Shown piece after piece: positions 45,576 to 52,879 of a stretch of DNA of 64,000 nucleotides. The number at the start of each line of letters is the position of its first letter. The first letter of the stretch is position 1. Source of the stretch: a virus; IMG/VR virus record IMGVR_UViG_3300034139_000007, positions 16,821 to 80,820 of that record; one strand, 5' to 3'. A program made the translations under genes and the position numbers. The notes beneath the pieces are model-generated. The model was given only the letters and a program-made list of their open reading frames with translations. It ran no database searches and was not told the origin of the DNA.

Positions 45576-46061
45576 TCAGCTAGGCCATGTGTCACCTCCG
45601 GGGTCGTAAGGGAGTGCGCGAGCGTGCTTCAGGACGCCGGCGATAGCGGGGAGAGGCAGGTTCAGGTGGAGGGGCTCGCCGTCGTTCAGATGGACGATGG
45701 TCCAGTAGAAGGCGTTCGAGCGTTTCTCGCTGATCGTGAACTCGGTCGTATACATGTCCAGCTGTTCGATGCCCGCGACTTTCAGCCCTAGCAGCAGGGC
45801 GTTGGCGTTGCCGTGGCGGGCGAAATACTGGCGGATCGTGTCGGGGTAGAAGACCGCGAGGCCGGCACCCTGGGCGCAGAAGCAGGGGGTCTGGTTGTCG
45901 AACTTCACCATCACCCCCGTGGCTTTGATAGTGGCCGGATCTTCGAGGGCGGTCATCCAAGCGTCAAAAGCAGTCTGGTCGGCTTGGCTGAGTTCTCGTG
46001 TCAGGCTCGACTGTTGCGATGGTTCGAGGCTTTCGAAGATTTCTTTGGGAGAGTTTAACAT
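45576..46061 (-). CDS. Cys-motif protein (W..AL...CFCAQG...LND)
   Basis: ATG embedded in the motif A variant; WMTALE, CFCAQG, HLND. Confidence 0.65.
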   Translation of the reverse strand: MLNSPKEIFESLEPSQQSSLTRELSQADQTAFDAWMTALEDPATIKATGVMVKFDNQTPCFCAQGAGLAVFYPDTIRQYFARHGNANALLLGLKVAGIEQLDMYTTEFTISEKRSNAFYWTIVHLNDGEPLHLNLPLPAIAGVLKHARALPYDPGGDTWPS

Positions 46062-46062
46062 G

Positions 46063-46686
46063 TTAAAGTTCCTGGGCCTCGATGAGGGCTTCATTGATGA
46101 TGTCCAGATCGTATACTCCACCTACGGCGTCGAATACTTCCTGGGGCGTCTTGTCGCGCAACTCCATCGCGGCGATGGTGTCAGCGCATTCTGTCACGTC
46201 CTGCTGGCGGCTTGGGGGTGTGGCCAGAGCCTGCACCTGCCACGGGAGCGGGACCGCGTCGGGGTCGCTGGGGATGATTTCCAGCTTGTAGTGGTGCGGG
46301 TTGATACAGGGCACCCATCCGCGGGGCAGGCTGGGGTTCGAGATGATTGTGGCGGGACCGCGAACCTCGACACGCGATCCCGAAGGGGTATCACCCAAAA
46401 TCGAGGGGGCTTCACCGTCAGGCTCGACAGGCTCACAAAACAGGAACGGGCCGCGCGTGCCTTGATGCGAGACGCGGTGGGAACTGTGGATCGGTTGCTG
46501 GAGGATAAGGGATAGGCACGCGCGGGGGGTCGACATCATCGTCTCGCCGGACCAGATCAGCCGTGGCCCGGGCCAGCATGGCGTGGCTTTATTGGGCCAG
46601 CTGGTCAGGTCAGGCCAATGGCCTAACATCTGCGACAGGCGGGTCTGGAGATCGGTCGAGGGGCGTCCGCCCTTGGTCTGGCTCAT
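46063..46686 (-). CDS. hypothetical protein with degenerate HNH/Zn-loop signatures
   Basis: PCWPG and CINPHHY; stop lies in motif A variant; preceded by motif B. Confidence 0.5.
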   Translation of the reverse strand: MSQTKGGRPSTDLQTRLSQMLGHWPDLTSWPNKATPCWPGPRLIWSGETMMSTPRACLSLILQQPIHSSHRVSHQGTRGPFLFCEPVEPDGEAPSILGDTPSGSRVEVRGPATIISNPSLPRGWVPCINPHHYKLEIIPSDPDAVPLPWQVQALATPPSRQQDVTECADTIAAMELRDKTPQEVFDAVGGVYDLDIINEALIEAQEL

Positions 46687-46705
46687 AGTTGGCTACTACC
46701 ACGAA

Positions 46706-46718
46706 TATCTAGTGGATA
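46706..46718. promoter_or_regulatory. palindromic motif B, copy 6
   Basis: TATCTAGTGGATA. Confidence 0.65.
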
Positions 46719-46825
46719 AAATAGGGCTTGCCAGTCTCTGCGAACGGGACCAGGCTGCGCCTTGGGCGGCCCGGCGAAACAACAGGATTTCCAGGCTGGA
46801 GGTTTCCATAACAGGATCGACCGTC

Positions 46826-46910
46826 CATTTACTATTCTATCTTATATTCTTTTCTATAGATAAAAAATTTTAAGAGAATAGTGTTTCGGCTTTTTATTCC
46901 GTTTGGAAAC
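46826..46910. other. very AT-rich non-coding tract, candidate replication origin/unwinding element
   Basis: CTATTCTATCTTATATTCTTTTCTATAGATAAAAAATTTTAAGAGAATAG in an otherwise GC-rich genome. Confidence 0.4.
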
Positions 46911-46927
46911 CCCCGCTCTCAGGCGCT

Positions 46928-47413
46928 TTACGCCGCACCCCGGCCCAAGAGCCTCGCACGGACCTCTTCACGCGACAAAATCGGCCCCGGACGACGACGC
47001 ACTACCGGCACCGCGTCGACGCGCTCCAGCTCCAGCACCACGTCGCGCACGTCGTAATCGCTAGCCTCGCACAGACGATGGACCTCATCCCAGGCCATAT
47101 CGACCGTGGGAGCGGAGATCGTCCAGAACCGAACCCCGCGTGCCTTGACCACGTAACGATCCCCACCCGCGAGCTGCGGCAGGCAAGTCGCGGGCGGGGC
47201 ACGCGGGGTGTCATCTATGAACACCTTGGGTGGCTTGCACCAGACGAGGGCTACTGTGTCGAACACCAGATCGTTCGTACCTAGCAGCTGCTGGCCGGCA
47301 CCGGGCAGGCCCAGATCCTGCGACGCGGGGATTTGCTGGCGACCGACCACGGCACCGACGTCATCGGTGCTGGTGGTCTTCACGGCGTCGAGGCCGAAGC
47401 GGGATTTTAACAT
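46928..47413 (-). CDS. hypothetical protein
   Basis: ATG embedded in motif A variant. Confidence 0.55.
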   Translation of the reverse strand: MLKSRFGLDAVKTTSTDDVGAVVGRQQIPASQDLGLPGAGQQLLGTNDLVFDTVALVWCKPPKVFIDDTPRAPPATCLPQLAGGDRYVVKARGVRFWTISAPTVDMAWDEVHRLCEASDYDVRDVVLELERVDAVPVVRRRPGPILSREEVRARLLGRGAA

Positions 47414-47414
47414 G

Positions 47415-47648
47415 TTAAAAACTCCAGTGAATGAGGATGCCGCACAGGCACAGAACCATGGCGGGGATGGCGATGGCCGCGACCGCGTCCTGGATGGCTG
47501 CGTCGCGCTGGAAACGGTAGGCTGCACTCTTGAACCGGTCGCGGGCCTCGAAAAGACAGACCAGACCCAGGATGATGGTCAGTAGGGCCAGGCCCGCGCC
47601 GCCGAAGCGGGCGAACATTTGGGCCAGGACCAAGATTTCAGAACTCAT
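47415..47648 (-). CDS. small 2-TM membrane protein
   Basis: two hydrophobic segments; start after motif A; stop in motif A variant. Confidence 0.6.
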   Translation of the reverse strand: MSSEILVLAQMFARFGGAGLALLTIILGLVCLFEARDRFKSAAYRFQRDAAIQDAVAAIAIPAMVLCLCGILIHWSF

Positions 47649-47677
47649 CGGCTTCGCCTTTTTAACCGTTAAAGTGG

Positions 47678-47752
47678 AAGGGGCTCTTGTCGCACGCGCG
47701 TAACGCGCACAGGCGTGCGACAAGAGCCCCTTGGTGCTTTCGCACCAAGGGG
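47678..47752. repeat. perfect 20-bp inverted repeat plus overlapping second hairpin
   Basis: AAGGGGCTCTTGTCGCACGC (47678-47697) / GCGTGCGACAAGAGCCCCTT (47713-47732); CCCCTTGGTGC-TTTC-GCACCAAGGGG (47727-47752). Confidence 0.85.
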
Positions 47753-47779
47753 TCAGGGGAGGGGACTTTAACCGTTAAA

Positions 47780-48421
47780 TCAGGCGGCGATGGCCTCCTG
47801 CGACGGGGCGGCGCGGGCCGTCAGGCCCTTGTCCAGCATGGCGAACAGGGTTTCCAGCGCCTGCGTCGCTTCCGGCGATGCGTTGTCCAGCAACGCGGCG
47901 ATGGCCTTGGAAGCCGTGGTCTGGCAATCCAGAACCGGGTTATAGTCCGGGTTCAGGACAGTCAGGCCCGCCTCGTCGTCGCCCTCCTCGCGGATATTGT
48001 CCGTCTTGGCCTGCTCTTGCTCAATGGCCGTGGTCGCCTTGCCGGCCTTTTGTTCCTCAATCCACTTGCGGGGATTGATCGACGCCGCATAGGCGGTCAC
48101 GGCGGCGTCAAACTCTTCCGGCGTCATGGCTTCCGGCGAGGGGATGGCCTTGCGGGCATTGGCAAGGTTCGCGTCATCCTTGAAGAAGGTGTTAGCGCGG
48201 GACTTGTGCACGGCGGCGACGCCGCCACCCTTGGATTGAGGGACCTTTTCGCCGACAAGTGTCGACACGGCTTTGAGCGAGAGGGTCGGGTCGGCGACGA
48301 TGAAGGCGACGAACAGAGCCGTCATCGTCGAGGCGACTTTGCCCGTCGCCTTTTCGGCTTTGGAAGCCGCGTCGCGGGCGGCATGAACGGCGGAGGCGGT
48401 ATGCGTTTGAACGTTGAACAT
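47780..48421 (-). CDS. hypothetical Ala/Lys-rich protein, first gene of the early array
   Basis: AAAGGG SD, strong codon bias, flanked by motif A on both sides. Confidence 0.75.
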   Translation of the reverse strand: MFNVQTHTASAVHAARDAASKAEKATGKVASTMTALFVAFIVADPTLSLKAVSTLVGEKVPQSKGGGVAAVHKSRANTFFKDDANLANARKAIPSPEAMTPEEFDAAVTAYAASINPRKWIEEQKAGKATTAIEQEQAKTDNIREEGDDEAGLTVLNPDYNPVLDCQTTASKAIAALLDNASPEATQALETLFAMLDKGLTARAAPSQEAIAA

Positions 48422-48748
48422 TGTGTGCCCTTTCAAGGCGAAGGTTGAAGTTTAACCGTTAAAGTTTGGGAGTAAGTTGCAAGTCATAAGGGTGGTCACT
48501 CGCCGACCTACTGGGTCAGCACCTGTCACGCGCGCGGGGCGCGTGAACCCTCTTCATGTATGGCCTTGCTTCCGTCTCCTTCTCTTCATCCGATAACTAA
48601 GAATACCCTATCCTACCATGCAGAGGGGGTGCAGCACGAAGGTGTACACCCTCTCTGGTCAGTGGTGGCGTGGGGAGAGATGCGACCATCCGAGAAACAC
48701 TCCCGGAAAAAATCCGCAGAAAAAGCACTAGTAACGTACAAAAGGCAT

Positions 48749-48781
48749 AGAAAAAGCCCCGATCCAGGAGGATCGGGGCTC
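48749..48781 (-). terminator. Rho-independent terminator
   Basis: AGCCCCGATCC-TCCT-GGATCGGGGCT then TTTTC on - strand. Confidence 0.85.
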
Positions 48782-48803
48782 ATTCCGTTCAGTTTTCGGT
48801 CGA

Positions 48804-49400
48804 TCAGCGGCCCAAGTAGGCCAGAACCGTCCCATCCCACCCTCGACGCGCGATCCAACGACGCTCCCGGCTGGTCTGGTCCGGTTCCAGGGTGATGTCC
48901 GACATCGGCACCCCGGTCAGACCCGCGAGCCGGAAACGCTGGTCGTCACACCACTTGGCGTCCTCGACAGCCGCGGCCTGCACGGCGAGACCGGCCCCAA
49001 CACCCAAACCGGCCATCCGAGCGCCCGCCGGGATGATGTATTCGCCGTCACGGAGCGGCTCGCGAACCAGACCGCCGTCGGCGAACATCCGCTCTAGGTC
49101 ACGACGCGACTGATCCGCCGATTTCTGCATCGACGTCGCGGCGTACTGGAACGCCCGCGACGCCGCGCGCATCTGATCCGCCGCCGAGGGTGCCCTACGC
49201 ATGCAGACCCGCGCAGCGCGGTCGGCCTCCACGTCGGAGCAGCCCAGCCAGATCCAATAGTCCTTCCACCGAAGCTCCAGATACTTGGCCTGGACCTGAC
49301 GGTCGGTGTCCTCGACGAAGGTCGTGATGACGCTGTTCGGCACCGACGCCCCCGCCGGCCCCAAGATCGCCGCCCGGATCTTCTCAATCAGCTTTCGCAT
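48804..49400 (-). CDS. hypothetical protein
   Basis: last gene of the primase operon. Confidence 0.6.
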   Translation of the reverse strand: MRKLIEKIRAAILGPAGASVPNSVITTFVEDTDRQVQAKYLELRWKDYWIWLGCSDVEADRAARVCMRRAPSAADQMRAASRAFQYAATSMQKSADQSRRDLERMFADGGLVREPLRDGEYIIPAGARMAGLGVGAGLAVQAAAVEDAKWCDDQRFRLAGLTGVPMSDITLEPDQTSRERRWIARRGWDGTVLAYLGR

Positions 49401-49573
49401 TCCGTCACCCTCAGAGCATCCACGCCCGTTTCCGTCGCGACAGCCGTCGCCTCATATTCGGATGGGAACCGCGTTGCCGCAGCCTCATCCGTGGTCCAGG
49501 TCCACGCCATGCCGTGCCCCATCAGGTACTTGGGGTCCGCTAGTGGCCCCCTCTCGATAATCCAGTCGTTCAT
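49388..49573 (-). CDS. hypothetical protein
   Basis: GAGGAG SD; WIIE...WTTD..AA.RF..E.EA motif. Confidence 0.7.
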   Translation of the reverse strand: MNDWIIERGPLADPKYLMGHGMAWTWTTDEAAATRFPSEYEATAVATETGVDALRVTECES

Positions 49574-49643
49574 GCCATCTCCTCACTCTCGGTGCTGGTC
49601 AGGATCATCGCCCACAGCCAGCCCCATTCCATCAGATCGATCT

Positions 49644-52079
49644 CTACTTCTTCGGCCCGTCGCGCCTCGCAATCGTGAGCCCGTCGTAGAACGCGACCTC
49701 CCCCATAGGGGAAGGCTCGATCACTGACCGGAAGCCGATCTCGCTCTGCAACTCCTGCATGATGAGCCTGAACCGCTTCAAAGCGACAGGCGAGGCATTG
49801 GCCTGAACCCTGCAAAATGCGTAGTACAGACCATACAGCTCCTGCTCGGAGGTGCGGGGCAAGCAATCCACGTTGCCCGTCGGTGCGTGGACCTGAACCC
49901 CGCCGGACATCAAGAAATGGCGCACGCTGTTGTTCTGCGATGCAACCTCGGAGATCAGGTGGGCGTGCGACGCGGGCAGGGTGTACTCCTGCCGCCTCAT
50001 CAGGTCCTCGATAGCCGGAACCACCCAGGCCGCGATGGCCTCCTGCTCCTCGGCCAGGATCAGCTGGGCCAGCCCGATGATCTTCTGCCCGTCCGACACC
50101 TGGTTGGTGAAGTGCAGGAAGAGCCAGCGCCGGTTGAAGCCCGCCGACGTGTCCCTGGTGCGCGGAAGGTGGTTCGAAGCGAACCAGTGGGCGCACAGGG
50201 GGCGGAACTTGAAGATGTCACGGCCCTTGAACTGGCCGTTAAGCTCCTCGCCCTCGACGATGGACTTGAACCGGTCGCCCGAGATCAGCTCCTTCTCCGA
50301 CAGCTCGCCGCAGAAGTTCAGCAGCTTGCCGTGCATCTGGGTCGGCAGGAACTTGTCGGCCCAGTCGTGCGGCGGCACCGAACACACGGCCTCGTCCGGG
50401 ATCATGCCCTGGACGATGTCCTTGACCGTCGACTTGCCGGTCTTGGGCGGGCCGAACAGGCAGATCGCCCGCGAGAAGCGGGGTGCCATGGCGAAGAGGG
50501 TCGAGGCCAGGGCCTCACGGAAGGCCTGGACCTTGTCGGTGTAGTCGGGGTCCTGACCCCAGGCCTGATCCAGCAGCGCGAGCAGACGAAGCGGCGCACC
50601 TTCGTTCGGAACATAGCGGTACGGCAGGACGTAGCGAGCGCCGAAGCACGGGTCATGATCGACCAGCTCCATGTCCAGCGTCAGATAGCCGTTGGCGAAG
50701 TTGATACCGGTCGTGTCCCAGGTCTTCAGACCGCGGGGCACCAGGTGCGACACGACCTGGAGGATGCCCCGGTGGTCGTTGTGCTTGCGGGCCGCCTGGA
50801 GCGCCCCGAACTCCTCGGCCAGGACCTTGAGCAGTTCGCTCTCGGTCATCTGACGCCAGTGCGACCCGGCCCACTGGAAGAAGTGCGAGCCGTCGAACCG
50901 CAGCTCGCCGTACCGCTCGATCTCCTTGATCAGCGCCTTGGCCACCTCCGTGTGGTCGGCCCCCGTCATCGACGAGCCCTTCAGCTCCTTGATGCGCTTG
51001 CGCATGGCGGCCATCGTCAGCAGGCGGCTGTTGCCGTTGTAGATGAACTGCAGGATGATGTCGCACTGCAGGTCGCCCATGTGCTGCGACTTGGCCAGGC
51101 GGACCAGCACCTCGTCAACGACCGCAGCCCGGCTGGCCTGCTTGTCACGCGGGATCTCGGTGAACTTGTCGGTCAGGTGGGTCAGATACTCCTCGACCGT
51201 CCATTCCTCGACCTCGTCGCCGAAGTACTTCTTGCACTCCAGGATCTCGTCGTCGCCCAGACCCAGCGACCACCCCTCGGGCAGCACCTTGCCGTGCTCC
51301 ATGATGTCCCGGCGGACGAACTCCATCACCTTCTCGCGCGCCTTGGCGGGGTCCATCGGATCGCCGACGACATTCTCGGTGAACCCGACCACCCACGCCT
51401 CGGCCTCATTCAGGCCTTCGCACAGCGTGCGCTCGCCCTTCAGGATGCCGCGCGCCAGCAGGCCGGCCATGGCGGTCAGCGCACTGTCGCGGCCACCCGC
51501 CGGAACCCACTTCGTCACCTGCACCGACCCGCGCGACGACAGCTTGATGCCCGCGTCGATCAGGGCCTGGCGCAGCTGGACTTCGAAGTCGCGCGGCAGG
51601 GGGTGGATCTTGTCCAGGACGTCGATCAGCTCGCAGTTGGCCGTATAGGGGCGCTGCGTGTCGGGGTGGATCGACGGCGGCAGCACGATCTGCGTCCCGC
51701 GAGACAGGATCTCGCAGATGACCGCGCCATCCTCACCCTTGATCCGGGTCGTGCGCTCCTCGTTGTACTTGAAGACCCGAACCGAGCCCTTCTTGCCGAC
51801 GCGCGTCCAGGGCGACGGCGGCAGCAACAGGTCCAGCACCCGGGCGACACGCGGGTCGTCGCTGTCGAGGTCGAGTGCAACCAGGCCGGACTTGGGTCCG
51901 AGTGGGAGACCGATGTTCCCATCCGGGTACATCGACAGCCACGTCTCCATGGTGTTCTCGTCCGGCATGGCCAGACCGTAGGCCTGCCACGCATTTGGAG
52001 CGGGCATCTTCTGCTTCGGCTTCAACGGGATCGCTGGAAGACCGACGGCCCAGTACGCTGGGGCGGTTTGACTAAACAT
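49644..52079 (-). CDS. bifunctional primase-polymerase / D5-like SF3 helicase
   Basis: N-terminal Prim-Pol (NIGLPLG, LDLDSD, VLPPSIHP), GGRD PriCT-like, INFANG, Walker A GPPKTGKST, FASNHLP, GFNRRW. Confidence 0.92.
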   Translation of the reverse strand: MFSQTAPAYWAVGLPAIPLKPKQKMPAPNAWQAYGLAMPDENTMETWLSMYPDGNIGLPLGPKSGLVALDLDSDDPRVARVLDLLLPPSPWTRVGKKGSVRVFKYNEERTTRIKGEDGAVICEILSRGTQIVLPPSIHPDTQRPYTANCELIDVLDKIHPLPRDFEVQLRQALIDAGIKLSSRGSVQVTKWVPAGGRDSALTAMAGLLARGILKGERTLCEGLNEAEAWVVGFTENVVGDPMDPAKAREKVMEFVRRDIMEHGKVLPEGWSLGLGDDEILECKKYFGDEVEEWTVEEYLTHLTDKFTEIPRDKQASRAAVVDEVLVRLAKSQHMGDLQCDIILQFIYNGNSRLLTMAAMRKRIKELKGSSMTGADHTEVAKALIKEIERYGELRFDGSHFFQWAGSHWRQMTESELLKVLAEEFGALQAARKHNDHRGILQVVSHLVPRGLKTWDTTGINFANGYLTLDMELVDHDPCFGARYVLPYRYVPNEGAPLRLLALLDQAWGQDPDYTDKVQAFREALASTLFAMAPRFSRAICLFGPPKTGKSTVKDIVQGMIPDEAVCSVPPHDWADKFLPTQMHGKLLNFCGELSEKELISGDRFKSIVEGEELNGQFKGRDIFKFRPLCAHWFASNHLPRTRDTSAGFNRRWLFLHFTNQVSDGQKIIGLAQLILAEEQEAIAAWVVPAIEDLMRRQEYTLPASHAHLISEVASQNNSVRHFLMSGGVQVHAPTGNVDCLPRTSEQELYGLYYAFCRVQANASPVALKRFRLIMQELQSEIGFRSVIEPSPMGEVAFYDGLTIARRDGPKK

Positions 52080-52551
52080 CGAGGAAGCCTTCGAGCTTGG
52101 AGATGAACTGGGTGCGTTGGGCGGGGGTCATGAACTCCTCCAGTGCCTCGACCACGCTGCGCTGCATCTTGGCGGCGTTGCGGATGTTGTGGCGGCGGGC
52201 CTGGAGGTCGACGAGCTTGGTCAGCAGGTCCTGGGCGGTCTTCAGGAAGGACATCTTGTCCTTCATGTCAGACCCCGTGTAGGTCGACATGTCCTTCTTC
52301 ACCGTCAGGTAGATCTCGGCGATTTCGAGATCGAGGGCGTCTTCACCGGCATCGACGAGCTTCTGCGCCGCGCCGGTGCCCGTATCGACGCTCATGTCGC
52401 CCGCGAGGCGGCGCAGCATGGCCTTGATCTGGGGTGGATAGGGACATTCGGCGTCGTCCAGGAAGCCCGGATTGCTCTGGAGCTGGATCTCGATGGCGCG
52501 GAATGGGGTGAGGGTGGCCTCGGTCAGAGGCGGGTAATGCGGTTTGGTCAT
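52072..52551 (-). CDS. hypothetical helical protein (terminase small subunit candidate)
   Basis: AGGAGA SD; helical; divergent from terminase; function is a guess. Confidence 0.45.
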   Translation of the reverse strand: MTKPHYPPLTEATLTPFRAIEIQLQSNPGFLDDAECPYPPQIKAMLRRLAGDMSVDTGTGAAQKLVDAGEDALDLEIAEIYLTVKKDMSTYTGSDMKDKMSFLKTAQDLLTKLVDLQARRHNIRNAAKMQRSVVEALEEFMTPAQRTQFISKLEGFLDV

Positions 52552-52684
52552 GGGTCTCTCCTACTTTCCATAACAGACTGTAGTCAACTATTGCTCTGCG
52601 CGAGAAATCATACATCCATGGATGTTTTCTTCTATGGAAGATCCAGGACTTGTTCGCCTCGTCATTTTCAGGCAGTCACGCAGC

Positions 52685-52879
52685 ATGCCCAACCTCTCCG
52701 AAATCGGCAGCTACACCCTGATCGCCGTGGCGCTGGTCGCCTTCATGGTCCTCGCCCCCGTGATCGGCGTCGTCCTGGGTTTCCTGATCGGTCTGTTCGT
52801 CACGTCGAGCCTGGCCTACAACCTCGGCACCACGGTCTGGGACGCCCTCGTGTCCTGGGTGCGCCGACGCCGTGCGTAA
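52685..52879 (+). CDS. small membrane protein
   Basis: long hydrophobic run with basic C-terminus RRRRA; overlaps terminase start. Confidence 0.55.
   Translation: MPNLSEIGSYTLIAVALVAFMVLAPVIGVVLGFLIGLFVTSSLAYNLGTTVWDALVSWVRRRRA

Larger units (their letters stand above)
29401..48463. repeat. dispersed palindromic motif A, TTTAAC(C/G)GTTAAA, 12 copies at gene junctions
   Basis: 29401, 32803, 36742, 38606 (1 mismatch), 41101, 43114, 44297, 46054 and 47406 (14-bp TTTAACATGTTAAA variant), 47661, 47767, 48451. Confidence 0.9.

Noticed and set aside
29401-48463. Motif A as a canonical CtrA box
   Set aside because: CtrA full sites are TTAA-N7-TTAA and spacing here is N3-N4; only half-site similarity, so not called.
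29401-48463. Motif A array as a CRISPR array or true integron
   Set aside because: Repeats are 13-14 bp separated mostly by whole genes of irregular length; no cas or tyrosine recombinase gene seen in this window.
48560-48895. ORFs 48560-48895 (+) and 48613-48858 (-)
   Set aside because: Atypical codon usage, cross a terminator, no SD; region treated as non-coding.
49887-52106. Long antisense ORFs (e.g. 49887-52106 +, 30805-32814 +, 18094-19779 +, 56104-58407 -, 511-1791 -)
   Set aside because: They mirror well-supported genes on the opposite strand; high GC3 codon bias removes antisense stops; no motifs or SD.
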